From Candidatus Hydrogenedentales bacterium (lineage in GTDB: Bacteria > Hydrogenedentota > Hydrogenedentia > Hydrogenedentales > JAEUWI01), in NCBI GenBank assembly GCA_942492815.1, contig OW818658.1, positions 5,208,125-5,272,124 on the forward strand: a stretch of 64,000 nucleotides of DNA, in the 5' to 3' direction. This document shows positions 30,914-41,351 of this stretch, in pieces; position 1 is the stretch's first letter; every line of letters begins with the position of its first letter. The notes beneath the pieces are model-generated. The model saw only the letters and a program-made list of their open reading frames with translations. It made no database searches and was not told the DNA's origin. The position numbers and the translations under genes were made by a program.

Positions 30914-32350
30914 TCATCGCGTCAGCGCCTCCATCAATTGCGCCTTCAATGCTTCCCGGGTCTCGGCGATCTGCGCCAGGAGCTTTTCGTATTCCGGCAG
31001 GAGTTCGTCCACGTTGCCGGGGCCGGTGTCGGTGCTGTGGGGGTTCTTCAGGTCGAGGTTGTAGTTGCCCGCCTGGATGGCCGCCACGGAGACGCGCCAG
31101 GCCTGCTCGTTTTCCACGCGCTTCTTCCACCACTTTTTCTCGGGCGCGAATTCCTCAATGCGGATGGGCTTGGTCTTGTTGTAGCTCTTGGCGCCGGGGG
31201 GATAGGGGTGCTCGTAGTACCAGACCTCCTTCGTGGGCTTGCCCGCGTCGAAAAAGAGCAGATTGGTGCGGATGCCGGTGTAGGGGCTGAAGACGCCGTT
31301 GGGCAGGCGCACGATCGTGTGGAGGTTGAACTCGGTCAGGAGCCGCTCCTTGATGCGGGTCTTCACGCCTTCGCCGAAGAGGGTGCCGTCGGGCAACACG
31401 AGCCCCGCGCGGCCGCCAGGCTTGAGCAGCTTCATCAGCAGCACGAGGAAGAGATCGGCTGTTTCTCGCGTGCGGAATTCCGTCGGGAAGTTGGCCTCGA
31501 TCCCGTCTTCCTCCATGCCGCCGAAGGGCGGGTTGGTGACGATGACGTCCACGCGCTCGGTGGCCTTCCAGTCGCGCAGTGGCCGGGCGAGGGTGTTGTC
31601 GTGGCGCACGTTGGCGGGCACGTCGATGCCGTGGAGCATGAGGTTGGTCATGCAGAGGACATGGGGCAGGTGCTTCTTCTCGATGCCGTGGAAGCAGTCC
31701 TGGATCGCGCGCTCGTCGGCCTCGGTTTTGGCCTGCTTGCGCAGGTGCTCGATGGCGCAGGTGAGGAAGCCGCCGGTGCCGCAGGCGGGATCGAGGAGGG
31801 TCTCTCCGAGGCGCGGGTTGACCTGCTCCACGATGAACTGGGTGACGGCCCGGGGCGTGTAGAACTCGCCCGCGTTGCCCGCGGACTGGAGGTCTTTCAG
31901 AATGCGCTCGTAGATGTCGCCGAACATATGGCGGTCGTCGGAGGCGTTGAAATCGATGCCATTGATCTTGTTGATCACCTGGCGCATGAGGGTGCCGTTT
32001 TTCATGTAGTTGTTGGCGTCTTCAAAGCTCATGCGGATGAGCCCGGCAATCTTGTCCTGGCCGCCGGTGAGGGCCTTGAGCTTGGGCAGGAGCGTGTTGT
32101 TCACAAAATCGAGGAGGGCCTCGCCCGTGATGCCTTCCTCGTCCTTCGCCCAGTGGCTCCAGCGCAGGTGCGGGGGCAGGGGCGACTTGTAGTGGTCGCG
32201 GATGAGTTCGAGTTCCTGCTCGCGGTCATCGAATATTTTCAGGAAGAACATCCAACCGAGCTGCTCCAGGCGCTGGGCGTCGCCATAGGTGCCGGCGTCC
32301 TTGCGCATGATGTCCTGGATGGATTTTACGATATTGGAAACGTTGGACAT
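30914..32350 (-). CDS. hsdM: Type I restriction-modification DNA methyltransferase subunit HsdM
   Basis: N6-adenine methyltransferase motifs (TNPPFG, LDPACGTGGFL); 478 aa. Confidence 0.95.
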   Translation of the reverse strand: MSNVSNIVKSIQDIMRKDAGTYGDAQRLEQLGWMFFLKIFDDREQELELIRDHYKSPLPPHLRWSHWAKDEEGITGEALLDFVNNTLLPKLKALTGGQDKIAGLIRMSFEDANNYMKNGTLMRQVINKINGIDFNASDDRHMFGDIYERILKDLQSAGNAGEFYTPRAVTQFIVEQVNPRLGETLLDPACGTGGFLTCAIEHLRKQAKTEADERAIQDCFHGIEKKHLPHVLCMTNLMLHGIDVPANVRHDNTLARPLRDWKATERVDVIVTNPPFGGMEEDGIEANFPTEFRTRETADLFLVLLMKLLKPGGRAGLVLPDGTLFGEGVKTRIKERLLTEFNLHTIVRLPNGVFSPYTGIRTNLLFFDAGKPTKEVWYYEHPYPPGAKSYNKTKPIRIEEFAPEKKWWKKRVENEQAWRVSVAAIQAGNYNLDLKNPHSTDTGPGNVDELLPEYEKLLAQIAETREALKAQLMEALTR

Positions 32351-32394
32351 GGATTGGGCTTGCTTCTACGTGCGCGATTGCACGGGTGAGTTTA

Positions 32395-32467
32395 CAGGGA
32401 CGGCAGGGACATCAGGGACAACAGGAAGAGAGTATTCTGCCGTCCCTGATGTCGCTGCTGTCCCTGT
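32395..32467. promoter_or_regulatory. Imperfect inverted repeat with GGGAC heptad repeats between hsdR stop and hsdM start
   Basis: CAGGGACGGCAGGGACATCAGGGACAACAGG ... CTGCCGTCCCTGATGTCGCTGCTGTCCCTG in the 143-nt hsdR-hsdM spacer. Confidence 0.45.
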
Positions 32468-32493
32468 GAATGAGGGCGGATAATCCGCACATT

Positions 32494-34860
32494 TTACGCC
32501 ACCCTCCGGTACAGCTCGGCTTCGAGGGCCTGGATCGCCTCCAGGTACTGTTCCTTGCCGCCGAAGAGTTTCACGATCTCCGTGACGGTGCCGAATTGGG
32601 TCAGCGGAGCCACTTTCAATATTTCCAGGGACTCCACGCTCTGGATGCCGCCGTCGGCGAACTTGTCCAGCAGCGCGTCGAGCACGGCGCGCACCTCCGC
32701 GCCGTATTTCGCGAAGACGTGGCGCTTGCGCACGTTCTCCGCGCGCTCGCGCCGGGTGAGGGGCGGCTCGTCGAAGGCCACGTGGCAAATGAGGTCGAAG
32801 GCGTCGTAGTCGCGGCCCACCTGCTCGGCGAGTTCGTCCAGGAAGACGCCCTTGCCCGCGAGCTCTTCGAGGATGGCCTGCTTCCGCTCGGCATCGCTCC
32901 AAACGGTGAGAAATTCCGTCAGCGTGGCGAAGGACTTTTGCACGGTGCGGCGGCTGTAGTCGCGGAGGGATTCGGTGATGAGCTTGCCGTCGGCGTCGAG
33001 GTATTGCACGCGCTCGGTGACGATCTTTACTTCCACGTTGTCCACGTAGTACTTCTTCGGCCGTCCGCTGTCGCCCTCACCGTCGAGGGGCCAGGGCTCA
33101 CCGTCAATGTACACCTCGCCCTCTTCCTGAGCGTTCGTCGAACTTTCGTCCGGCGGCACCACGGAATCGTCGGGCCCGGGTACATAGATCTGCACCGGAT
33201 CGCCGTCGAAATCCGGATCGGCGAAGAGGGCCGTGGCGCGCTTGAAATCCATGATAGTGAAATAGAGCTTGCCGTAGTCCTCGCGGATGCGGGTGCCGCG
33301 ACCGATGATCTGCTTGAACTCGGTCATGGAGGCGATGCGCTTGTCGAGGACAATGAGGTGGCAGGTCTGGGCGTCAACGCCGGTGGACATGAGCTGGGAG
33401 GTGGTGGCGATGACCGGATAGTCCCGGCTGGGATCGATGAAATTGTCGAGCTGGGCCTTGCCCTCGGGGCTGTCGCCGGTGATGCGCATGACGTATTTGT
33501 CGTTGGCGGCGGCGAGGTCGGGGTTGGCGTTGACCAGGGCCTGGCGCATCCGCTCGGCGTGATCGATGTCGTCGCAGAAGACTATCGTCTTGGCGAAGCG
33601 GTTGGTGGCGTAGAGGAACTCGGTGATTTTCGCGGCCACGAGGGCGGTGCGCTTTTCGAGGACGAGGTTGCGATCAAAGTCGAGGATATTGTACTCGCGA
33701 TCTTCGATTTCGTGGCCGTATTTGTCGGTCTGGCCGCGCTCGGGCCGCCAGCCGTCGAGGTCTTTGTCGATGCCGACGCGGACCACCTTGTAGGGCGCGA
33801 GGAAGCCGTCGGCGATGCCTTGCTTGAGGGAGTAGGTGTAAATGGGTTCGCCGAAGTACTCGATGTTCGACACGTCGCGCGTTTCTTTGGGCGTTGCGGT
33901 GAGGCCGATCTGGGTGGCGGAGCTGAAGTACTCCAGGATCTGCCGCCAGTTGGCGTCGTCGGCCGCGCTGCCGCGATGGCACTCGTCGATCACGATGAGA
34001 TCGAAGAAGTCGGGCGAAAACTGTTTGTAGATGTTCTGATCTTCCTCGGTGCCGCTGACGGCCTGGTAGAGGGCGAGGTAGATCTCGAAGGCCTTGTCCG
34101 CCGTGCGGTTCGTGATCTTGGTCATGGCCTTGCCGAAGGGCTTGAAGTCGTTGCTCTTGGTCTGGTCGGCGAGGATGTTGCGATCGACGAGAAAGAGGAT
34201 GCGTCTGCGCGCCCCGGCCTTCCACAGCCGCCAGATGATCTGGAAGGCGGTGTAGGTCTTGCCAGTGCCGGTGGCCATAACGAGGAGGATGCGCTTCTCG
34301 CCGCGCGCGATGGCGTCCACGGTGCGGTTGATGGCGACGAGCTGGTAGTAGCGCGGGGCGCGGTCGGAGCCGTCGTCGTAGTAATCCTGGGTGGTCACGG
34401 CTTCCTGCGCGTCGGTGTAGCCTTTGGCCTGGCGATAGCGGGCCCAGAGTTCTTCGGGCGTGGGGAATTGATCGAGGGGGATCTCGCGCTCGACTGTGCC
34501 TCCGGTGCCAGTGCGGTCGTGCTCCAGAAAGGTGTCGCCGTTGGAGCTGTAAGCAAAGGGCACGTCGAGGATCTCGGCATACTCGAGCGCCTGCTGCATG
34601 CCCGCGCCCACAGCGTGGTTATTGTCCTTGGCCTCGACGACGGCAATGGGCATGTTGGGCTTGTAGAAAAGGAGGTAATCGGCTTTTTTCGCCTCGCCCC
34701 GCGACACGGACTTGCCCCGGACGATCACGCGCCCCTTGGTGAAGTGATACTCTTCGAGCATCTGGGTCATCACGTCCCACTTCGATCCGCCGGGTCCGAG
34801 GATCGCCGGCGTGATGAACTTGGTGCGGATGTCGGTCTCTGTCAGTGCCTTTTTGTCCAC
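32494..34860 (-). CDS. hsdR: Type I restriction enzyme endonuclease/helicase subunit HsdR
   Basis: 788 aa; N-terminal nuclease region, SF2 helicase motifs (ATGTGKT Walker A, DECHR); canonical HsdR N-terminus. Confidence 0.95.
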   Translation of the reverse strand: MDKKALTETDIRTKFITPAILGPGGSKWDVMTQMLEEYHFTKGRVIVRGKSVSRGEAKKADYLLFYKPNMPIAVVEAKDNNHAVGAGMQQALEYAEILDVPFAYSSNGDTFLEHDRTGTGGTVEREIPLDQFPTPEELWARYRQAKGYTDAQEAVTTQDYYDDGSDRAPRYYQLVAINRTVDAIARGEKRILLVMATGTGKTYTAFQIIWRLWKAGARRRILFLVDRNILADQTKSNDFKPFGKAMTKITNRTADKAFEIYLALYQAVSGTEEDQNIYKQFSPDFFDLIVIDECHRGSAADDANWRQILEYFSSATQIGLTATPKETRDVSNIEYFGEPIYTYSLKQGIADGFLAPYKVVRVGIDKDLDGWRPERGQTDKYGHEIEDREYNILDFDRNLVLEKRTALVAAKITEFLYATNRFAKTIVFCDDIDHAERMRQALVNANPDLAAANDKYVMRITGDSPEGKAQLDNFIDPSRDYPVIATTSQLMSTGVDAQTCHLIVLDKRIASMTEFKQIIGRGTRIREDYGKLYFTIMDFKRATALFADPDFDGDPVQIYVPGPDDSVVPPDESSTNAQEEGEVYIDGEPWPLDGEGDSGRPKKYYVDNVEVKIVTERVQYLDADGKLITESLRDYSRRTVQKSFATLTEFLTVWSDAERKQAILEELAGKGVFLDELAEQVGRDYDAFDLICHVAFDEPPLTRRERAENVRKRHVFAKYGAEVRAVLDALLDKFADGGIQSVESLEILKVAPLTQFGTVTEIVKLFGGKEQYLEAIQALEAELYRRVA

Positions 34861-34953
34861 GTGTGCCCCTGTGTGCCTGTTTTGTATGAATCCCGCCCGG
34901 GCTCGGTGGGGCTATTGTACATGGCACCGGGCCGAAGTGGGAAGCGGGGCGGG

Positions 34954-35967
34954 CTATTTCGCCTTTTCCTCGATCCGCTTTGCTTCCCGCTCCAGTTCAG
35001 CCATTTCGTCGCTGGCGGCCTCTTCATCCAGTCTTCGCCGGTTGAACTTTTCGTACTCCCCTTCCGCGCGGGATTTTGCGAGGTCTGCGCTGATGGTGCC
35101 CGCGTTCTCCAGAACTTCCCGCCCGTTGAACTGGAGGAAGGCATTGAGCTTCCCCTCCCAATCGGCCATGTGCATGGGCTGCTTTCGCTCCGCCTGGTCT
35201 TCGGCGTAGTCGAGGTACATCGTTACGATTCGGTTGAGTCCACGCACTTCCTCCTCGGTGAGGTAGTTTTTCGCGATGGCCACGTCGCCCTTCCGAACTT
35301 TTGCGCCTTTCCAGGTGGTCAGGCCCATGTTGGGCTGGGTGGCGTCCACGCGTTCCACGATCAGCTCGGCAGCCGTGTGGCCGTGGGTCGCCCAGTGAAG
35401 TTTGTTCTGCACTGCCTTGAAGAAATGTCGGGCCTGTTCGGAGTTGGGTTCATAGTCCACAGCGAGGGCGTAGATATCCTGAATCTTCCGGTAGAAGCGT
35501 TTCTCCGAAGCGCGGATATCACGGATCCGCTCCAGGAGTTCGTCATAGTAGTCCGCGCCGAGATTGCGGCCCTCCTTGAGCCGCTCGTCGTCCATGGCGA
35601 AGCCCTTGACGAGGTATTCCCGGAGCCGCTCCGTGGCCCAGCGACGAAACTGGGTGCCCCGGTGGGAGCGAACGCGATATCCGACGGCGATGATCACGTC
35701 GAGGTTGTAGTGTTTGATTGCCCGCTGGACTTCCCGCGCGCCCTCGGATTGAACTGTCAAGTATTCCTTGACAGTTGCCCCTTCGTCGAGTTCGCCTTCC
35801 TCGTAAATATTTCGAATATGGAGACTTATGTTCTGCTTGCTGCTATGAAACAAGTCTACCAATTGCGCCTGGCTGAGCCAGACGGTCTCGTCTTCCAAGC
35901 GCACGTCGATGCGCGTCTTCCCGCCCTCGGGCTGGTATATGAGGATTTCCGATTGTGGTTCCGGCAT
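34954..35967 (-). CDS. rhuM: RhuM family protein (uncharacterised, frequently linked to Type I R-M loci)
   Basis: N-terminal region ...IYQPEGGKTRIDVRLEDETVWLSQAQLVDLFHSSKQNISLHIRNIYEEGEL typical of RhuM; directly upstream of hsdR on the same strand. Confidence 0.8.
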   Translation of the reverse strand: MPEPQSEILIYQPEGGKTRIDVRLEDETVWLSQAQLVDLFHSSKQNISLHIRNIYEEGELDEGATVKEYLTVQSEGAREVQRAIKHYNLDVIIAVGYRVRSHRGTQFRRWATERLREYLVKGFAMDDERLKEGRNLGADYYDELLERIRDIRASEKRFYRKIQDIYALAVDYEPNSEQARHFFKAVQNKLHWATHGHTAAELIVERVDATQPNMGLTTWKGAKVRKGDVAIAKNYLTEEEVRGLNRIVTMYLDYAEDQAERKQPMHMADWEGKLNAFLQFNGREVLENAGTISADLAKSRAEGEYEKFNRRRLDEEAASDEMAELEREAKRIEEKAK

Positions 35968-36237
35968 GCGGCCCTCCCGTTGTCCCGTGCCCCCGGTGCT
36001 TGACGTCGCTGGTGGCGGCGCTCACTGGAATCCATACTGCCGCACGGGATATTGAAAGCTTAGCGCAGGCTGCGGGGATGGCGCAACGCAAACGGGAGCG
36101 CGGGTTTTCCTACCCGCGTATCGGGCAACTTAGTTGCGCGATCAAGTGAGGCGGGGCTACGGGCGGAACCGAATGCGCCGTTGGCGCAACCACGTGTAGG
36201 AAGACCCGTGCTCCCGGTTTCCGTCCTGAACTCCCCC

Positions 36238-36558
36238 CTACTCCCCCATTTCTTCCCCGTCGGGCAACAGCACGATATACATATCCGACACGAGCTCTTT
36301 CCCCGCTATCTTATTGATCTTTTTCATGATCTGCCACTTGCGGTAGTTGAGCTTGTGCATCCACACGGCGCTGTCGGCCTCGATGCGGAGCTGGAGTTCT
36401 TTGATGCCCTGGGGGCGGGTGTGTTTGGCCACGGTTTCGCCGACGATCTCGGGCCAGTGTTCCCAGATCTCGGCGTGCTCCAGGTGCTTGCCCAGATCGG
36501 TGGTCTTCTTCATCTTGGCGAGGATGTCGCCAACGCCTTCCAACTTACTCCGCTTCAA
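36238..36558 (-). CDS. DUF721 domain protein (DciA-like)
   Basis: 106 aa; overlaps the recF 3' end by 14 nt; DUF721 genes typically sit in the recF/gyrB neighbourhood. Confidence 0.65.
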   Translation of the reverse strand: MKRSKLEGVGDILAKMKKTTDLGKHLEHAEIWEHWPEIVGETVAKHTRPQGIKELQLRIEADSAVWMHKLNYRKWQIMKKINKIAGKELVSDMYIVLLPDGEEMGE

Positions 36559-37618
36559 GCGTGCCTCGCGTCATCTGGTAGCGGCGGTAGGGACGCCCGC
36601 CGATTTTTTCCGCCAATTCCCGTTCGGTGGTGGTAACCAGACATTGTACCTTATCCTGGAGGGACTCGAACAGGGCTTGGGCCCGGTGCGCATCCAGCTC
36701 GGCGAGGACTTCGTCGAGCATGAGAATGGGGTATTCGCCGGTCTGGGCCTGGACCAGTTCGATCTCGGCGAGCTTGAGGGCGAGTGCGGCGGATTTCTGC
36801 TGGCCCTGGGATCCGTAGATACGGGCGGGCCGCCCTTCGATGAGGATCTCGATGTCATCGCGGTGGGGCCCGCGGAGGGTCTGCTTGCGGCGGATGTCGT
36901 GATCGCGGGTATCGCGGAGGATGGCCTCGAAGTCTTCGGCGCGCTCGAGATCGGGGGTGTAGGTCAGGGAGAGGGTCTCGGCGGTGGCGATGCGCTGGTA
37001 GGCCCCGGCGGCCTGCACGGAGAGATCGGCGATAAAGGCCGCGCGCTCCTCCATGAGGATCTGCCCGGCGGGCGCGAGCTGGGCATCCCATATTTCGAGT
37101 AACGCCGGATCGGGCCGGTGCTGCTTGAGGAGGCTGTTACGCTGCTTGAGGGCCTGGCGATAGCGCTGGAGCGCGCCAAGGTAGCGGGGGTTAATCTGGG
37201 AGATTTCCATGTCGAGGAATCGCCGCCGCATGGAGCCGCTGCCCTTGACGAGGGCCACGTCTTCGGGCGAGAAGAAGACCGTGTTGATACGGCCCAGGAT
37301 ATCGCTGACGCGGGTCTGGGGAACGCCGTTGATCTTGAAGCGCTTGGCCTTCTGCCAGTAGTGGGCTTCGAGCTGCACCTCGCGATCGCTGCGCTGGGCC
37401 GTGGCGGTGATGGAGAAGCCCTCCTCGCCGTGGCGCGCAAGCTCGCGCTCGTTCAGTGTGCGGTGGCTGCGCGCGGTGCAGACGTAGAGCAGGGCCTCCA
37501 GGAGCGAGGTCTTGCCCTGAGCGTTGTCGCCGTGGATGATGTTGAGGCCGGGTTCGGGCGCGAAGCTGAGTTCTTCAAGGCAGCGGAAGCGGCGGCAGGT
37601 GAGTTGGGTCAACCACAT
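36545..37618 (-). CDS. recF: DNA replication and repair protein RecF
   Basis: 357 aa; Walker A GDNAQGKTSLLEAL; ABC-type signature and Walker B (ILMLDEVLAELD). Confidence 0.95.
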   Translation of the reverse strand: MWLTQLTCRRFRCLEELSFAPEPGLNIIHGDNAQGKTSLLEALLYVCTARSHRTLNERELARHGEEGFSITATAQRSDREVQLEAHYWQKAKRFKINGVPQTRVSDILGRINTVFFSPEDVALVKGSGSMRRRFLDMEISQINPRYLGALQRYRQALKQRNSLLKQHRPDPALLEIWDAQLAPAGQILMEERAAFIADLSVQAAGAYQRIATAETLSLTYTPDLERAEDFEAILRDTRDHDIRRKQTLRGPHRDDIEILIEGRPARIYGSQGQQKSAALALKLAEIELVQAQTGEYPILMLDEVLAELDAHRAQALFESLQDKVQCLVTTTERELAEKIGGRPYRRYQMTRGTLEAE

Positions 37619-37699
37619 GGGGCTAGTTTACCCGGTTGCGCGGGAGCGTAATTTCCCGAAGGCCATGGTGAACGTCGAAGCGGGAGACGCGGGCGCGCC

Positions 37700-38557
37700 T
37701 CATTCCGCCAGCGTAAGCAGTTCGTCGATGGAGGCCCGCATGTTGAAGTACTGTTCGGCAACCTTGGCCAGCTTCGCGCAATCGATGTCGGCCACTTCGT
37801 AGGTTTCCGGCACGACCTCCGTGCGGTTGTCCGGGTGGGAGTAGAAACCGCTGAGGTTGCACATCTGGTTGGCGATGGAGAGACAGGCAGCAAGCACCTT
37901 GTGTTGGGGGTCGCAGGCATTGAGGTCGTGGTGGCCCCGGATGGCATTGATCACGGCCGGCGTCAGCTTCCATTTCTGGGCGAGCATGGCGCCGAGTTCG
38001 GCATGGTCCACGCCGATGACCCGCCGTTCGGCTTCGTACCAGGCGATCTTCTCCTCCCGCACGAGCGCTTCAATCTCCGTGCATTCGTCCGGCAGGTATT
38101 CTTCCAGAATCACCTTGCCGATGTCGTGGATGAGGCCATACGTGAACGCTTCATCTTCGGAGCCCACGAAGCCCTTGACGCAGCCGGACAGTACGATGGA
38201 CTTCATCGCGATACCGCAGGCCACGGAATGCTGGAGGAAATGGGTCGCGCTCGACTTCATGCAGTCAAACGCGGTGGCGGTCATGGCGAGATTCTTGAGG
38301 ACTTTCGCCCCGAGCAGCACGGTGGCGTGCTCCACGCTGGTGACTTCCTGGCCGAGTCCGTAGTAGGCGGAATTCACCAGGCGGAGGGTCTTCAGGGCAA
38401 TAGCGGGATCGGAGGAGATAACATGGGCGACGGACTTCATGTCGCAGGTGGGGTCATTGAGCATTTCGGTCAACTTGGCCACCGAATCGGGAAGACTCGG
38501 GAGCGTGACCACCTCGTCCAGGAGGGTTTCAATATCGTAGGCGTTGTCGGGTGCCAT
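37700..38557 (-). CDS. HDOD domain signalling protein
   Basis: HD-related output-domain pattern (GLIHDIGKV); ATG at 38557 (ORF track gives TTG at 38560). Confidence 0.8.
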   Translation of the reverse strand: MAPDNAYDIETLLDEVVTLPSLPDSVAKLTEMLNDPTCDMKSVAHVISSDPAIALKTLRLVNSAYYGLGQEVTSVEHATVLLGAKVLKNLAMTATAFDCMKSSATHFLQHSVACGIAMKSIVLSGCVKGFVGSEDEAFTYGLIHDIGKVILEEYLPDECTEIEALVREEKIAWYEAERRVIGVDHAELGAMLAQKWKLTPAVINAIRGHHDLNACDPQHKVLAACLSIANQMCNLSGFYSHPDNRTEVVPETYEVADIDCAKLAKVAEQYFNMRASIDELLTLAE

Positions 38558-38826
38558 CAATCAAGCCCTGCCGGCGCGGGAAAAGAGTGACTGCCAAATC
38601 CCCGTTCCTGCATGCAGAGGACTTCGAGGTACTGGCCGGGGGTCAGAAATTCGCAACCCGCCGGCAACAGGGCGGTATGGGGCTTCTTAGGATCATCCCC
38701 CGGCGTAACCAGCGTCGCGCCGTTGGGGTTGCTGGACGGCCCCACCACGATGATGCTGCCCTTGCCACCTTGCTTCAGCGCAAGACTACCCACGAGCGCC
38801 TCGCCCTGCTTTTTCCACGTAATCAA
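38557..38826 (-). CDS. Hypothetical small protein (89 aa), possibly translationally coupled to the HDOD gene
   Basis: Stop TGA overlaps the HDOD ATG (ATGA); TTG start only; no recognisable domain. Confidence 0.3.
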   Translation of the reverse strand: MITWKKQGEALVGSLALKQGGKGSIIVVGPSSNPNGATLVTPGDDPKKPHTALLPAGCEFLTPGQYLEVLCMQERGFGSHSFPAPAGLD

Positions 38827-38937
38827 GTTGCGGATTCACTTTCCAACGGGCACACCTCGGGCATGCCGCGACGTTTCGAAATCAGGCTCCGGCACCAGGA
38901 CACCCTGAGGCACCGGCTGCCGGGCGGATTCGCGGAA

Positions 38938-39300
38938 TCAGAAAATGTATTCGGGCTCGAGGACCGCGTCGTAGTTCACGGCTTTGTCGGTGAAGGGAAA
39001 GCTCACCATCTCGAACACGCCCGTGCTCGTGCGCATGATCGCGCGAGCACCACCCAGCACCGGAACGACGCCAAGGAGGTACGCCAGCGGCTTGCCTTCC
39101 TTGTACTTCTTGTCGAAGGTTACCGGGATCTCGGCCCAGCCGAAGAGCACGTTGGAGACGCCGCGACCCAGCTTGGTCAGGGATTTTTCAACCCCGGTCG
39201 GCTTGGGAAGGTCCAGTTCGGGATTGTACAACTGCGCCGAAACAGGCGACACCTGGAACAGCATCACCCCTACCAGCAGCACGGCAATCCCACTTCGCAT
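38938..39300 (-). CDS. Small secreted protein (TIGR04073-like, exosortase-system-associated family), tentative
   Basis: Internal ATG at 39300 gives signal peptide MRSGIAVLLVGVMLFQVSPVSAQ; motif KLGRGVSNVLFGWAEIP. Confidence 0.5.
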   Translation of the reverse strand: MRSGIAVLLVGVMLFQVSPVSAQLYNPELDLPKPTGVEKSLTKLGRGVSNVLFGWAEIPVTFDKKYKEGKPLAYLLGVVPVLGGARAIMRTSTGVFEMVSFPFTDKAVNYDAVLEPEYIF

Positions 39301-39708
39301 AATCAGGTGTTTGGTAGCCAAAATGCTCCCTCCACATCCATTGTTGTTAGTGCCTGTAAACAAACACGTTCCCGTAAAACAATATGGTTCTCGGAGTGTA
39401 GCACAGCCGCCGGTACTTGTCAATTAACTACTGACGCCGCGAAATACCCCTCACTTGGAAGCCCGTGGCCGCTTTCCCATCACGAAAAGCGATTCAAAAC
39501 GAAACACCCTGCTCGAGTCTGCGACGAACGGAGCGAACCAAGGACAAGCGCGACCCCGGCGCTGTGTTCAACACAAGACACTTATATTAAACAACTTACA
39601 CGATTTAAAACGCGCGACGGGTTGGATTGGCACGGGTTTGGCCTATAGAAAGGCGTCAGTCAACAAGAAACACCACCTCAGGGTGGTAACAACATAAGGA
39701 GAATCACC

Positions 39709-40161
39709 ATGAGCCTGCTAGTACCCATCAAACGGACGAACGTCTTCCCCTGGGCGGGATTTGGCGAACTGGAGCAGCAGTTGGAGCGCATGTTCAACCC
39801 CGGCACAACCCCCGAGCAACAGCCGGGTGCCACGTGGATGCCGCCGGTGGATATCCACGAGTCGGAAGATGCCTACACACTGGTCGCCGATTTGCCGGGC
39901 ATGAAGAAGGAGGACATCACCGTCAGCATCGTGGAAGACCGGATTACCCTGAAGGGTAGCCGCAAGCGCGAAGAGCGCCACGAGGAAAAGGGCTATCGCC
40001 GCTATGAACGCGCCGAGGGCACCTTCGAGCGGAGCTTCCGGATCAACGGCGGCGTGGATGGTGCCAAAGTAGAGGCCACCTTCGAGAATGGCGTACTGAC
40101 CGTGAAGCTGCCGAAGCCCGAGGAAACCAAGCCCCGGCAGATCGAGGTGAAGGTAAGCTAA
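39709..40161 (+). CDS. Hsp20/alpha-crystallin family small heat shock protein
   Basis: Alpha-crystallin domain (...YTLVADLPGMKKEDITVSIVEDRITLKG...GVLTVKLPK); 150 aa. Confidence 0.9.
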   Translation: MSLLVPIKRTNVFPWAGFGELEQQLERMFNPGTTPEQQPGATWMPPVDIHESEDAYTLVADLPGMKKEDITVSIVEDRITLKGSRKREERHEEKGYRRYERAEGTFERSFRINGGVDGAKVEATFENGVLTVKLPKPEETKPRQIEVKVS

Positions 40162-40262
40162 GGGCCTCGCTCAGGACCACGGGTCCTGATTCACATAGAT
40201 CGCGCGGCCAATAGCGGCCCCGCCTGACAGGGAAAACGATCTCTCCTTCCTGTGGAACAACC

Positions 40263-40299
40263 GAAGCCCCGCCCCGGGCACATACCGGGGCGGGGCTTC
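40263..40299. terminator. Strong hairpin (15-bp perfect stem) between convergent hsp20 and DltD-like genes; possible terminator
   Basis: GAAGCCCCGCCCCGG-gcacata-CCGGGGCGGGGCTTC; no clean U-tract on either strand. Confidence 0.4.
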
Positions 40300-40352
40300 A
40301 ACGTCGTTCAACAATACTTGGAATCGGTCACTTCGGCTGTTGCCGCGTCCGA

Positions 40353-41351
40353 TCAACCCGCGAGGTAGGGCCGCAATTGCTCGCCCAGAACCTCAGAGAA
40401 AGCGGTCGCCCCCTCTTTGTTGACGTGAATGCGATCCTTGTAGAGTTTCGGATTCAGGAAGAGATCGCTCGTGCTGCTGTCCACGCGAACCACGGGCACC
40501 TCCAACTCCTCCAGCAGCGCAAGATAGGCATCCAGCAGGGCCGTGTGGTCGGCGAGGTCTTGTCCCTTCTTCTCCCACAGGGGCCCCAGGCACACAATAA
40601 ACGTCACGTTTTTCTCGCGGGCCGACGCCACGAAGTTGCGCAGGGTATTTACCTGGAAGGGGTCGATGGCGGGAACCGTAGTCGCTTCTGGCGGTGCATT
40701 CATCTCCTCAATCCGAACGATTTCCAGCACATCGGAACCGTAGTAAGGCAGGAAGCCCCGGCTCTTGATGGTGCCGGCTGAATCGGGCTTGAGGGTGTAC
40801 TTCAGGAGCGGCATCAGCATGGAATTGTAGGGATAGGCGGCGGAGAGCAGCCGCACGCGCTCGAACTTGCTGCGTTCCAGGAGGAGTGTGTTGAGGGCGC
40901 TGTTGTCGCGCTTGTAGTAGGGCAACAGGACCGAAAGCTTATCCAGACTGGCGGTGCCGCCGGCATCCCGGAGATCTTCCGGATTCAGATCGAGGACAAA
41001 CGCCTTTGGCGTGTATTCCCCCAGCACGAGCTGGGCGATCCCGTAGTGGCACAGGAGATTCTGCGCATCGATGCCGGCATTGAAAAAGCTACGCCCGGTG
41101 GACTTTTCCAGCACGTCGGGAATGTAGTGGTGCTTGGCGCGCGAGGAGCCGAAAACAACCACATCGTTGCGTTGCTCCAGGGTCAGATTGATGCACCCGC
41201 CGAAGTCGCCCTCCTGGGTTCTGGCGTACAGCTTCCCCAGGACAAGGCCGAGCCCCTGATCGATTGAAATGATCAGGATGGCGGCCAGCAGCGCGCGCAG
41301 GGCGAAGTGCTTGATACTAGAATTGGAAGTAGATGAATTGTCCGCCATCAA
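40353..41351 (-). CDS. DltD-like / SGNH-type protein partner of MBOAT acyltransferase
   Basis: 332 aa with N-terminal membrane anchor; immediately downstream of and overlapping the MBOAT gene. Confidence 0.55.
   Translation of the reverse strand: MMADNSSTSNSSIKHFALRALLAAILIISIDQGLGLVLGKLYARTQEGDFGGCINLTLEQRNDVVVFGSSRAKHHYIPDVLEKSTGRSFFNAGIDAQNLLCHYGIAQLVLGEYTPKAFVLDLNPEDLRDAGGTASLDKLSVLLPYYKRDNSALNTLLLERSKFERVRLLSAAYPYNSMLMPLLKYTLKPDSAGTIKSRGFLPYYGSDVLEIVRIEEMNAPPEATTVPAIDPFQVNTLRNFVASAREKNVTFIVCLGPLWEKKGQDLADHTALLDAYLALLEELEVPVVRVDSSTSDLFLNPKLYKDRIHVNKEGATAFSEVLGEQLRPYLAG

Noticed and set aside
30261-31133. 290-aa ORF spanning the hsdS-hsdM gap
   Set aside because: Low-complexity Arg/Gly/Pro-rich shadow frame overlapping the hsdM 3' end; the gap is better explained by the MITE-like insertion
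39454-39483. Sigma32-like promoter (CTTGGAA-15nt-CCCATCAC) upstream of hsp20
   Set aside because: Lies about 250 nt upstream of the hsp20 start and RpoH-type promoters are not established for this lineage; too speculative to annotate
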